64,000 bases of DNA from NCBI GenBank assembly GCA_051362555.1, contig CM120640.1, forward strand, positions 61,668,788-61,732,787, given 5' to 3'. Each line of letters starts with the position of its first letter. The first letter of the stretch is position 1. Source of the stretch: Lingula anatina (taxonomy: Eukaryota > Animalia > Brachiopoda). Below are positions 26,531 to 39,333 of the stretch, one piece after another. The notes beneath the pieces were generated by a model. The model was not told where the DNA came from, ran no database searches, and worked only from the letters and a program-made list of their open reading frames with translations. The position numbers and the translations under genes were made by a program.

Positions 26531-27862
26531 TGACTCATATTCTTTTCAAAAGAGTTACATGCAGAAATGCCACGTTAATAAATTATTTTCGTACATTGTA
26601 ATTTTCTTCATTCAAATATACATAATACACTCGCCTCAAAAGTTGGGAAACATTGTTAATTTGAATATTTATAAAATAACCATATGAGCGAAGGTAAATA
26701 TTTTAACCAAATATTGATGGAAAATGTACCTATCATATGTTACTTTTTTAAATAAACTGATGATTTTCCCACTACATTACATAGTTTTTTAATTATTGTA
26801 AAACAAATACGTGTTTCAGAACTTTTTGGTAGAAATGGTTCTTTTGGCCAATGAACTCTGCAAAAATTGTCAAAAGCTTTCAAGTTTTTTGAATAAATGT
26901 ATTAACTGTGGCCATATGTGCTTATTTGAAACAAAATCTTTGCCTTGCTTACCTGGTCCCTGGTATACGGCAGAGAAAAAGACTTACATTTCGATTAGCT
27001 GATTTTGTCAACAAATAACAATAATATTAATGACAATAATCATAATTTATTAACTTATTGCAACCCAAAGGTTGAAGTTGTACACAGTGGATAATAATTT
27101 GAGGTGGATATAAGCTTAGATAAAAAACAATTCTACTTCACTGACACGAAACTTGGAAATTAAAGACAGATTTATGAAAGTTCTTTATAATTTGCAGTCA
27201 TAACCTTTGGCACTATAAGTTTGCAGATTCTTCTTAAGGAACAAGCCTTTCTTACCATAAATGTGTCAATATTTGATGGAAAACCTTGTGAAAAGTGTAT
27301 CCCTCCTTTGCTACAAAAGTAAAAGCTGGATAAATTGTCCTATGGGCTCATTTTTTGGACAAACTCAAGCTCATTTTTGTACCTACAAACTCCTTTTTGT
27401 ACCTACATTGCAGGTCTTTCCAATTGCCCCTTTCAATTTTCCTAGGTGAGGAATATCCACTTTTGCAAGCCTACCATTGTCTTTGCAATTATTCTTTAAA
27501 TACGTACAATGCTTCATAATTGACATGCAGACATTTAAAGGGATAATAACTCTTCGTTTCAGCCAAAAAATGAATTTTCCTGGAGTAAACAACAATTTTC
27601 ACATACTCACCAATGGTGAATGAATCCATTTTTACATTCAAAGTTAGTCCCTGGTTTTTTTCTAAAAAGTTTGGTTTTTTGTTAGAGTATAACCATCAGT
27701 GGAGGTCACATGGTCTAAAGAAAAGCTCAGATATCAGAATAATAGCTATAACTGCCGTTTTTGTGGTAAAACAGAATCTATTATATTTCTGTGAGTTATT
27801 CACAATGTTTTTATTGTGAAATATAGATCTCATACGAAGAGTTATTATCCCTTTAATGCAAA

Positions 27863-28055
27863 TATACATATATATACATGTAATTTGTCAGGTGAAGCAT
27901 GCAAAGTAGCCAACCTACCTTACACGAAATGTAATGTTGCATGTAAGCTGTGAAGCAAATGTACACATATGTACATGTAATATGTCAGGTGAAGTACCGA
28001 AAAGTATCAAATGTACCTCATGAAATGTAATGTTGCATATAAGCTGTAAAGCATA
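27863..28055. repeat. ~100-bp diverged tandem duplication
   Basis: TACATGTAAT.TGTCAGGTGAAG...GAAATGTAATGTTGCAT.TAAGCTGT.AAGCA occurs twice. Confidence 0.75.
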
Positions 28056-30963
28056 TCTGTCCTTACATATTGCAGTAAATATTTGTTTACAGATTAGAAT
28101 GGCTTTTACTCAGTTGTCTTAACTTCCTGGCAGTATCATTGAGTCAAACAGGGCTTGGCACTAATGCCTGTGTACCATGAAAATCTGACTCCCCTAAAAG
28201 GTGACTCCCCAGTCAGATTTTCATAATGAAACTGGGGTCAAAATTTCATGGAAGAAGTAAAATTTTCATTATGATTTTCATGGGAGTCAGATTTCTATGT
28301 TACCCCTCTCACTCGTGTATCTCTGTCACTTCTAGAAACCTTTACTTCTGGTATCTGTTGAGACATGAAAGCAGGTGTGACCAGACAGTGGCAAAAAAGT
28401 CAATGAAAATCATGTCTGATAAGGTGGAAAGTAGACTGAAACTTTAAAAAAGCTCCGCGACCACAAAGTCTTTCAACTTAAATGAGGACAAAATAAAGTG
28501 GTGACACACCACAAATTCTGACTCAGAATGAAATATTGACTCAGAATAATGTTGTAGTGCCTGGGGGTCAAGTGTGAATGGAACAATAAGTGCAGCATTA
28601 AAGTAAATAGCTGGGTCACTGAAGAACATGTAAGAGAATTTCTAGACTTCAAAAGCAAAGTCTGTTATGAATATCCTTCTCATAATTATAATGATGAGGC
28701 ATTTCAATGAATTGTGAAACTCATCGGTCAGACCACATGGTCGATATGGCAGACGCTCCCCACAATGAAGATGCCAAAATACTGGAGGAAACTACAGAAA
28801 AAAACTTATTCAAGAAAAGAAAATAGTTTGGAAAAATGATAGACACAGCTCAACACTGTGAGCCTTAAGAGCCTGAAATTAAAAAAAGCTTAGCCAACAA
28901 TTTAGATGCGTTTACGAGGTTTAAACCTCAAGGAGAAAGTAAAATGCTCTTTAAAGATATTTTGCCTCCTTCCCACTGGCCAATTCCGCCCTGCAGGAGA
29001 ACAAGCAGTTGAGTACACACCCTCATCAACCACTCAAGGATGGCCTCTCGGGTTAACAGGCCAGCAAAACGAAGTTAGGCTAACATTCCCTTCTACCCCT
29101 TGAGATCATCTTGTTCCAAAAAACTTGAGGCAGAAGATATAATAATAATAAGTTTATTGAGCACTAAATGATGTGAATACATTTGCAGGCTCTCTAGACT
29201 ACAATATTTACACAATATATATGGATATACAATTATATATGTTTACATATGTAGTATGTTAAATTATACATGTGTTAATGCAATTTATGCTATAATATTA
29301 ATTAATTAAGCTATTCACAGCATTACTGACAGTAAGTGGCTGTGATATACTAGATTTCAGGTGAACTATGTATTTTAACAGCAGTCTTTACAAATTCTGC
29401 TATTACTTTGAGACTTTTATGACAGGGTGGATTAAGGAGAATAAGGAGATATGGGACAATGAATATGTATCATTCAGACCTCCTACCTCATACGTCATTG
29501 CCAAAGTGAGGAAAAGATTGCCAAAGTAGATGTAAATGCCACCATAGAAGATGAACAATTTGTTCAACGTAAACAATCAGACACAGAAGGCAATCTGAAC
29601 TCAAGTAGCTGAAAGCAGCAGTTCAAAAAATAATAAAAATTGTGTGGTCACAAGTGTATGTGGTGAAAGTGCCTGTCACTCTAGAATTCCATTTTACTAG
29701 GTTAACGCTATTATACATGTAATTACATCATTATTACAATAATTTATTATCAGTAAAAGTACTGGTAAGTATTATTGTGTAGTATTAGCGTATAGTTTAG
29801 GCATTTTTTGCTATTTGAATCCCATTTCGCTGACAAGTCTTTGTTTCAAAAGTGAACACATTTAACAAAATGGCAGATCACGTGGGTAAGTTCTACATCA
29901 ATTTTATCACTGATGAGCAACAACAGCATATACCTGATATAACAACAGGGCAGGCTTTATTTGTTAAGAGCTCAAAAGGGCAACTTAACAAGAGAAATGA
30001 TGCTAGAGTGGTTAGAGGGAAGAATATCCCCAGTTGCTTTAAGTGTTTTAGACTTTTTAACCAACCCTAACCCACCTGGGTCACAAGATGAGGGGTCAAG
30101 GTCAACATGGATGCCAAATTTATGAGGAGGGTGGATGTGGCAATCAGCTAAAAAATTATTTACTTCAAATAAAAGAAAAGTGCCTCCTACTACACAGATG
30201 CCTAGTATGCCTGCACAGACTGAGGACAGTGAAAGGACTTTCCTCAAAACCATACCTATGGGCACCAATGTTTCAACTTCTCATCCATGCAATAACCCTA
30301 GATTCACTGATGTGCCAGGACCAAGTGGTTTATTTCCTAGCAATGCCAGCACACCCTTTTTTCCGTCAAACCCTGGGGATGATAGACAGGAGATTTCCAT
30401 GGAAGTGGACAATGCCAGTGAGGTACCTTGGGTCAAAGGGCCCCCTTAGCCTGCGTTTCGCCACGACGTAAGGTTTACCCACCTAAAAATCTTACATTTA
30501 ACGGTAAAGGTAGTTGGGCAGCATTTAAGCTTGTATTTTTGCATCATGCTGAGAGAGAACATTAGGACGATAACATGTCATTGGATGGGTTATGTTTATG
30601 CCTTATAGGTAAGGCTCAGGAATGCTGCGTTAATGTCACTAAACGTGAAGGCACATTGACATATCAAAGCCTAGTGGAAGAATTAGAAATGTGTTACAGA
30701 GAAACAGATACTTCAGCAACAGTATGCTCTCAGCTGCATAATGCGAAACAGACTGAGACGGAGTCTGTTGATGAATGGGGAGTACGTGTTCTAAGGCTCG
30801 CATCTCAAAACTACCCTAGTCTACCTAAGTCGTTTGTAGATTTGGAAGTAGTAAATAGATTTTGTGCAGGAATGTTGAACCCGGAAGTGGAGCAAGTTAT
30901 TTATATGCAGCGTCCTTCTACATTGTATGAAGCTATGCAATTGGCAAAAATGCATCCCGAGTT

Positions 30964-33900
30964 CAGCGTTTGAAATTAACAGTAGCAAGAGGCAGTTTTG
31001 CCTCCTAGTTTAACCAAGTTGCCCCCTGGTCTGAAAGCCGGTGGCAAAAAGTTGCCTCCAAGAAATTTTGGAGACTGAAAATAAAGTTATTAAAAGTTTA
31101 CCAGCGATCGATGTTTTACTTGCCTCCCACTTGTTTACTCCATGAAATGTTGGTTTTCCGAAGTTCTAAACATAGTTGTGTGACCTATATAATCGCAACT
31201 GTTTGAGGCTCGTGTGCACTACGAATATGCAAATGATTATTACATCCCGCGGCAAATTGAACTATTCTAATTGGGCGTGGCATTTGCCGATTGGTTCCGA
31301 AGGTTTGCGCAGTCGCAGTGCACAGCTTCTCATTTCCGCCCAAAGCAAATCATGGACATCCGGAATTTTTTATCTTTGCCGAAGGGTAAAAATCCATCGG
31401 CTGCTACATGTAATCCGAGCGAGAGCACTTCCACTGAGCAAGGTAAAAATGTGACATTTGTTTCATACAAATTGCAGCTAAATCTACGTTCCGTACATGC
31501 AGAAAACAGTCAAAGTATATTTATTGAGGATTTATCCTCGTGCTTCATTTACTCTGCCTTTCCTGGCGCTCGCAGTGCATGACTAGAGCAAGTGCATAAA
31601 TATGCAGCAATACAGTATTCCTGCACTGCTTGATCAATTTGTCAATTTACTAAAGTCCATTTTGAAGTTATATTGTATCAGTGCTATAGATCTATGAGTT
31701 TTGAAATAGTGACTTTTCATATCTCAATGAAACCACATGTTGTGGCCACTTTTTGGAATCGTCTAACTGAGACAATTCTAAAAGGTGATTCTAAATATAT
31801 CATTATAATATAGTCTAGATCTGTTCTGAAATAAAAGAGTTATTTTGAAAAATATCTTGTATTCTCATTGGAGGACTGATATAGATCTATAGATCTACCC
31901 AAATTCTATCAGATTTTTAAAACTTTCGCTCGGTTGCAGATGAAAACCCATTGGCAGACAAAGCTGGGGCTGCTGAGCCAAATTCAAAAAAGGCAAAAAC
32001 ACTGAAAACTCCTGTCAATATGGCTGTTCGACCAAGTACAGTTCAGAAATGGAAAACTGAATTCAAAGAAAATGGCTAATATATCGATTTTGAAACTAGG
32101 GAGGTGTGCGAAAAAGATTCCAAAGGCGCTATTTTTCAAAAATCTGGTGCTCTGTATGTAAACAGTTTAGTAAGGATAAGACAGTCCCATTTGCTGTTGG
32201 TACAAGTAACATAAAGAAGTGTCTACTCAAAAAACATTTTCAAAGTACATTCCACCAAGATTCTGTTGAAGCAAAGTTGGCAAGACACCGTGTTGAAACA
32301 AATCATCCAACTGACATTTTGAAAGGGTTACAGAATATGGAAAAGTCTGTGGAGGAAAAGATGGTGAAACTTTTCAAGACTGCGTTCTATGTTGCATTCT
32401 ATGAAAAACCTTTTGTTGAATTTCCTAGATGCTTAGACCTCCTTGAGTGGAATGGTGTAAGTATTGGTGACTCTTACAGAAATGACAAACAGTGTAAGGT
32501 ATTCATTGATGTTATTGGTAGCATCTATCATGATGAATTAAAACACGTGTTAAAGGATGCAGACTTCTTCTCGGTACTCTGTGACTCTAGTACAGACAGG
32601 AGTGAGGTTGAGAAAAAAATAGTGTATGTAAGAATTGTGAAAAATGGTCTGCCAACATTCTTATATATGAAACTAGTAGATGTAAAAAGTGGTAAAGCAG
32701 ATGGGATTGTTCAAGCTATAGACAAGGCTTTTGCAGACTTTGACATGGATGGTGCTGAGTGGCGAGCTAAAATGATTGGATTCGGCAGTGATGGTGCAAG
32801 CGTAATGACGGGAAAGACAAATGGTGTTGCAGTAATTTTACAATGGGATGTCCCATGGCTAGTCCAAATCCATTGTCTTGCACACAGACTAGAGCTTGCA
32901 ATAAAGGACTGTTTAAAAGACACATACATGGACGAAATTGTCAACATTCTGGTTTCTGTTTATTTCTACAAGGGTTCTCCCAAAAGGCTACGAGTATTAG
33001 AAAGTATTGCTGACATTATGGATGAGCAGTTCTTAAAGCCTGAACGAGCAAATGGGACAAGGTAGGTTGAGCATAAACAGAAAGCCTTAGCAAAGTTGGA
33101 AAAAACCTGGAGATCTATTGTTGTTCACCCAGAAAGCTATGCTTCTGACAAGACAAATCGAGCAGAAGACAGGACAAAAGCCAGAGGAATCAACAACAGA
33201 TTGCTTCGATACAAAGTGGTCCTCTACATGCATTTTCTCCTCGACGTGTTTGACCAGATGGCCCAGTTGTCCCTTTTATTTCAAAGAGATGACATAACTG
33301 TTCCTAGTGTGGTTCTGAAGTGTGAGCATGTTCAGCTTATGTTGACATCCCTCCTGACAGTTAATGGATCTTAACTTGAGGTTTTCTATCAACATGTAAA
33401 TGGTGCTGTGTTCAAAGGTCAAACTCTTAAAAATGTAATCCAGCCAGACAGAGAGATTATCATCAACTCACTACTGCAAATAATGGACAGAAAGTTTGGA
33501 AACATTCTTGGTGGGACTGATATTTTTAAAGCAGCTCACATCTTTGATCCAAGAAACTGGCCAGACAATTGCAATGATCTGCCTGCTTTTGGGCGAGAAG
33601 ATCTTCAGACACTGCTCAGACATTTTGAACAAGTGCTGGCCAATACAAACCCTCCAGTTAATGCGAATGATGTAAACCTCCAGTGGGAAGAACTTAAAAC
33701 TTTTGTTCAGAGTAATGCGAACTTTAAGAGCCTCCACCCTAATTCCCTATGGGAAAGATTCTATTTAACAGATCAGGAGAGGGACGAGTTTGCTTCAATT
33801 TTGAAGGTGATCTTCTTGGTAGAGACTTACCCACTGTCAACTGCATGCTGTGAGAGGGGGTTTTCTACCATGAATAGGATTAAGAACGACTGGCGTTGCA

Positions 33901-34198
33901 ATCTGGCAACCCCAACTTTGGACACATTAATGAGAGTAAAAATAAGCTCTGAGACAATATGACCCTCTACCTGCAGTTAACAGGTGGTGGTTGACTGGAG
34001 AGAGGGCAAGGAGGCCAACTATCTTGCCTCATGGGCCTCACACAGACCAGTAGTGATCCTTCACGATGCTAGGGCAGGTGGATGAGGCTGAACTATTATC
34101 TGTAAGAATTTACCTCTAGGTAAGTCCAAGTTGCCTCCAACTTTCAGATCAGGGAGCAAGTAGTTGCCTCCTAGCAAAAAAGTTAATTTCGAACACTG
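30964..34198 (+). mobile_element. Full-length hAT DNA transposon with 17-bp TIRs and a 5-bp TSD (hAT5-like)
   Basis: Left TIR CAGCGTTTGAAATTAAC and right TIR GTTAATTTCGAACACTG match at 15/17. GAGTT is duplicated at 30959-30963 and 34199-34203. TTGCCTCC is repeated subterminally at both ends. Confidence 0.9.
31352..33962 (+). pseudogene. hAT transposase (ZNF862-like), inactivated
   Basis: Probable exon 1 'MDIRNFLSL...' (31352-31442) spliced to 31940. Motifs: zinc-finger-like 'IWCSVC..KKHFQSTFH', 'DSSTD', 'GFGSDGASVMTG', 'IHCLAHRLELA', 'TR*' (W changed to stop at 33063) and the dimerisation region 'PLSTACCERGFSTMNRIK'. Several in-frame stops and a frameshift. Confidence 0.88.
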
Positions 34199-34483
34199 GA
34201 GTTAAAGGTAACTATGGAAACTAAAAAAGGGCATACTGGGACCAAAAGGGTCACGTTGCAACATAGCTGTCTAAAGAGACAGATACTTCTAAAATTGAAG
34301 ATTTTAGGGGTGAAATAAGGAGCATGCAGAAGGCATTAAAAGAAATACAACAGCAGATGGCTCAAAGATCAACTAATTTTCTCCACACAGCATGCCCTTT
34401 TGTATATTTACTGACATAAGCTGGCAGGGCTTTTACCTCTGCTCAGGGAGTCTCACATACTAACTAAACTTCATTTGCAGGTA

Positions 34484-35400
34484 ATGGACCAACCACCAGG
34501 AATCCCTCCCCTGGCACAGAGGGAGTACTTGGGCTACCCCTAGATAACGCACTTTACACGATGCAAAACGCAGAAGGCCACGACACCCTCGTCACTCAAG
34601 TCACAGTCTCAGAAACACCACCAGAGAGCACAGGAACACTCAACACTTCCACAGCTGGCGCCAATATCGCACAGGCCCACAAAACTCTAGGCATGCAATC
34701 CACAGTTGCGGGAAGTGACACATTTATTAGAGGCCCTCAGCTAACATATGTGATGGGAAACTCGGGGTCCCTCCACATCTGCCACACCACAGCAGCCAGC
34801 CATTTTTTATGGCTAACCCGCCGGATTGCTGCCAACTCCCACAACAGGTGAGTCTATGACTACTCATATTGATAGCCACTTAAGTCAGTCCATCTGCCGA
34901 AAAAATTGGTACAATGAATATGTCCTTCAAAGATCTCATTACCAAAAATTCAAACAACTTTAGTCTCCATGACTCTTCAATGGATGAGCAGTTTATACAT
35001 AAACGTAAACAGGATGCTAGCTGATGGTAATCTCCATATGATTCTAGAACCAGTCCAGAAAAAAAGTGTCCCTATCACCTTCCTACAGTGGCAGGCAGCT
35101 TTCATCATCTTTTCAGCGATATATTTACAAAAGCATCCCCAACAGGCTGTCCCACTGACCCAATACAACAATAGAATTCTAGAGATGTATGCCAATAACA
35201 CCTCAAATTGGCAAACCTAGATGAGCACTTTCGCTCCAACTACAAATCACTAGCCTACAGCTGGGACAAACCAGACCCAGTTCTCTTGGCGGATATCAGT
35301 TTTATCCAATGTCCCACAGGGGAACAGCCCTTTCGTTCACAGAGAAAGACATGCTTTCGCTGGAACAATGGATGATACTGTGACACAGTATACTCTATCA
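34484..35400 (+). mobile_element. DIRS/Ngaro-type (tyrosine-recombinase retrotransposon) gag-like ORF1, decayed copy A
   Basis: 'IDSHLSQS..W.NEYV.FKDLI', 'ITFLQWQAAFIIFSAIY...LTQY..RILEM...NWQT*DEHFR...W', 'PFR..CFRWNNG'. Similar to copies B and C in this window. No RT or YR follows. Confidence 0.65.
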
Positions 35401-36784
35401 TCAGGATTCCCAGGATTTTTTCTTCAATGGCCTGAAATTTGTCAATTCCTGGCGATTCATGGGATTTGTGGTCTGTGTGAAATAGGGGCATTAGCAGTTT
35501 CTTCTGCTGACTGGAACTGAGAACTCTGACAGATTATGAACATTATAGTAAAATTACTAGTGGAGTAAATGTCAACACAATTGACAGATTGTTAGGGGCC
35601 ACTAAATTTGACAGTGTCAGACTATCAGAAGAATGTTTCCTTGCTTTTCCTTGACTTATAATTTATCTGTATAGCCCTTGTGTGCTATAATTTCTATGAA
35701 GATTAAAAAAGGGCTCAATTCAGTTTTTAAATGTGCACCATGTCATGGAGCTCTTTCCAGAGTTAATTAACACTTGGACTTGGTTCAAGAATAAGAAATC
35801 TTTTCCTTGGTATACAAAAGCTCTTAGAGTTATGTCAGTTGGTTGACACCAACGCCATGCCATGCTTCTTTTGTGATATTTGAATGATCAAAAATGTAGT
35901 TGCTATTCCAAACTGCAATTTGAAATGATTATATTATATTATGCTGGTGCTCATTATATGGAAAGGAAAATAAATTTGCTTATTTAACAAGTTTTCCAGC
36001 GCCAAGTGGAAGTTTACTGTCATTATTTTCAAAAATGAAAATATAATACTCCAAGTATCCTGCCTAATTTTGTGCTTTGTGTTTTTCACTACAAAAATAA
36101 CTATTGCTATTGTTCCTTATTTTGTACAGAGCTGACCTCAAAAATTTTTTATTTCATATGAAAGATTTTATAAACGAACCCAATGACAGTTTCGCAACCT
36201 GCTGTTTGTCATTTACCTGTATTAAAATAGTAACTTGAAGGTATACTTGTTTCTTGCATCTCATGCTGAGTTTATTTATTCATTAATTCAATTTGTTTAC
36301 AAATAGTTAATTCATAAATCCCATTTCGTTGAAATTCACATATATTAATCAAAAAGCGTGTTATACTAAAATAAGACTTTATTCATAACTTCAATATTTC
36401 TTCAGCTACATTTTCAAGAAACACCCACACACTTATGAAGAAAAAAAAAATTAATTAACACAAGTACAATTTTGTGCAACTTGCTGTTTGTCTTACTTGT
36501 ATTAAAATTGTAATTATATCAATTAGAGCCTGTAGTACCAAAATTATTCTGTTCACAACTTCAATATCTCTTTCAAGTGCATTATTTAAATGGATTACAA
36601 ACTTCACTTTTTCTGTCAAAAAAAAAAAAAAAAAAAAAAATTAATCTCAATGAAGCTCTTAAACTCTTTTCACCTTTGCATGATACTCTTTTTTCACTAA
36701 AGCTGTAGTTGCTTTTTCCAACACCTTGCAAAAGCATTACCCCTAAGGGCCACATACTTCTTTATAACAGCTTTAAACAAGTAA

Positions 36785-37255
36785 AAACTGGTGCCGTCAT
36801 TCTCAATTTGGGAAGTGATTCCACACAAAGATATATTTACAATTTCATCAATTTCTCATAGATGATCTTTTGAGATCAGCTCTGTACAAAATAAGCAACA
36901 ATAGCAATAGTTATTTTTGTAGTGAAAACAAAGCAAAAATCATAATTAGTTGCATTTTACCACGTTGGGGAAACAACATAGGAAAGGCATGAAGGTAAAC
37001 TCCCTTCTCCAAGAATACTGTGAAAATGATGTCCATTTCATGGCAAATAGTAATATTCCTGATAGGACAGACTACTTTGCATATGAAGGGATTCATTTAA
37101 ACTACAAGGTAACTGTTGCACTTGCACACTGTATCAAAACTGCGACAGGGCAGACTTCATACTACAACAAAACAGCAACACAGGTGCACACATGGCAAGA
37201 AGCTCCAGCACGTTCAAAGCCCTACAATCGCCTAGAAAGTAGGAGGTTGTCATAG
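36785..37255 (+). pseudogene. Decayed SGNH/GDSL esterase-like domain, probably from a non-LTR retrotransposon ORF1
   Basis: 'AVILNLGSD' (block III-like), 'KVNSLLQEYC..DVHFMANSNI' and 'FAYEGIHLN....ALA' (DGxH block V-like). Confidence 0.5.
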
Positions 37256-38557
37256 CACCAGGATAACCCATCAAGGAACATGTGGAGCCTTCATTAACGT
37301 AGGAATCACAGCAACAGTCTAAAAAATTAACTCAAACTTTTACGTGATTGCCTGGGTAAGCTGGAAACGAAACTACATTGAATATAATGGCATTGTTTAT
37401 TTATGTAATCCTACGTGATTAACTGTTTCCTCCGTGGACATGCGTAAGTACATCATGGTTCTTCTTGTTATAAATACTTTACAGAAAACTGAAAAACATT
37501 CTGAAAGAAAATGCCTTGTAATGTATTTATAATCTGTTTTTATTATGCTTACTATTTCAATTCTGTTTTAATTACTTCATAATATTAAATACAACATAAG
37601 GCTAAATGCATGATATTAATTAAGGAAAGAATTGAGATGTACCTTTAGGAGTGAATTCTGATAAACCTGCATTATAGGCTGATTATGTAAATTATGTAAA
37701 TTTTGGATGCAATATTTTTAATAGTATAATTTCACCCTTTTTATGCTCTTAATGCAATACAATGATGAATCGATGAATTGATATGCAAATGTATTTTTAG
37801 CCTATATTGAATGCATTTAGGAAGTTTTCTAACTTATACTGTACATAATTTTAATATATTAATGTTTAGGTGGTTAAATCAGTTACTTTTCAGTAGAATT
37901 CCAAGCGCTCATATTGATAACTTTGAAAATGTTGCACATTGGAATGAAAAATGTCAGAGGATAAGCGAATAAGCTTTCAGATGAATATTATTATGGTTTG
38001 TATAATAAATTTATTGGGAGGAATAGGAATCTTGAGCTGGTCACATAATTGTCATAAGGGTCTAATCAACCAAGCCCTCTTATCCCATGGGAATAGTCAC
38101 GTGACTTACCACTGGCCACCGAAAAGGCCATCTGGTAAACAGAACAGACAGAAAGAAGCCTCCGCCATTTCTGCAGCAGCACAGGATCAGCTTCAACCAA
38201 AGAAAAACCATCGCAATATTACAAGCAAACAGAACTGGTAAGTACAATTAACAATTCTCGCTGTCGGTATAAGGTACGAAAGCATCCACTACGATATGAG
38301 CGCAATACAATTGTCGCTCAGTGTACTGTCACTGAACGCTGATACGCACACACATTGGCCTATGCCGTGTTCCGTTCTTTCCCCCGCTGGGTTGAATTTA
38401 TGTCATCGTCTCGCTTATTTGTGCTTTAAATACTTCTGACTTGCACATTTCTAGCATACCTAGTATTTAGACAATAAGACGTGAATGCTGCCCTATTGTA
38501 AAGTATCTACCCTTTCCTATTCTGCATGTTTCGCTTAAATAGTCACTTTTCCAGGAC

Positions 38558-39166
38558 ATGTTGCGTCCTCATTTACTCCTGTTAGGTAGCAGCCTCATTA
38601 AACGAATGGCAAACCCTGTGAACATCGACAAAGAAACTATAGCTAGATGTCCTCCAGACCTGGACCTCCGAGACAAATGCAGAATAACAATGATTGGCCT
38701 TAGTGGTGGAACACTACATACAATCAAGGAACTGCCAGTGCTGCGTAGGCTTCAAAATTTTGATGGCCTCTTCTGCCAAATGCTAGGCAATGATATCACC
38801 TGGAATACACACAAAGCACAACTCAAACAGTTAATCACCGAGTATGTGACATTGCTGACAACCTGGGCTGCCCAACTACGAGTGGTTTTTGTGGGCCAGT
38901 TGATACCCAGACGACACTCCCTTACACCCAGCAGCAGGATTAAGACTGCACAGGTAGTCCAGTACAGACTGAAAGTAAAGCTAGCCAACACATTTTTGCA
39001 ACATGCTTTGCAGACCACCAACATCAAATTTTGGAGAATGAAGGGTAGCTATGAAGCTGCATCTGCCATGGTATGCACGGACGGCACGCATTTTAACGCC
39101 TACGGCCATGCCAAGTTTTGGAAAAACCTCAAGTCTGCGGCTAATAGTGAGTTGCCTAGTATTTAG
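38558..39166 (+). CDS. SGNH/GDSL hydrolase-like ORF (202 aa, uninterrupted), associated with a DIRS/Ngaro-type element
   Basis: 'LLLGSSLIKR' (block I), 'GLSGG' (II), 'LGNDI' (III), 'QLIPR' and 'DGTHFN..G..KF' (V). A splice acceptor lies 3 nt before the ATG. Confidence 0.75.
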   Translation: MLRPHLLLLGSSLIKRMANPVNIDKETIARCPPDLDLRDKCRITMIGLSGGTLHTIKELPVLRRLQNFDGLFCQMLGNDITWNTHKAQLKQLITEYVTLLTTWAAQLRVVFVGQLIPRRHSLTPSSRIKTAQVVQYRLKVKLANTFLQHALQTTNIKFWRMKGSYEAASAMVCTDGTHFNAYGHAKFWKNLKSAANSELPSI

Positions 39167-39333
39167 CTTTCATCCTAACTGCATGGTTCTACAGGCTCAT
39201 ACATAACTGCACGGTAATAAGAAAAAAAAAATTAAACCTCATCCTATGTGGTGGGCAGGGCCACTGCCAAAAGGCTAAACCTGCCAGGTAGGAGTCGTTT
39301 ATTAATTTATATTTTTTCCTTTAGGAATCAAGA

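Larger units (their letters stand above)
29870..34375 (+). mobile_element. Decayed Gypsy-type LTR-retrotransposon gag, split by a hAT insertion
   Basis: 'PKNLTFNGKGSWAAFKLVF...LCLCLIGKAQE...YQSLVEELE...LHNAKQTETESVDEWGVRVLRLA..YP...VVNRFCAGM....RPSTLYEAMQLA' resembles a retrotransposon capsid. The frame resumes after 34203 and is followed by a coiled-coil-like 'GEIRSMQKALKEIQQQMAQ'. No LTRs were identified. Confidence 0.7.

Noticed and set aside
27000-27720. Possible 3' remnant of a LINE on the minus strand
   Set aside because: Composition and an (AAT)-like tail are suggestive, but I could not recover any RT or endonuclease motif.
29855-29890. TTTAACA-AAA-TGGCAG as an LTR end and primer-binding site
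   Set aside because: The position is plausible, but no second LTR was found and tRNA complementarity could not be verified.
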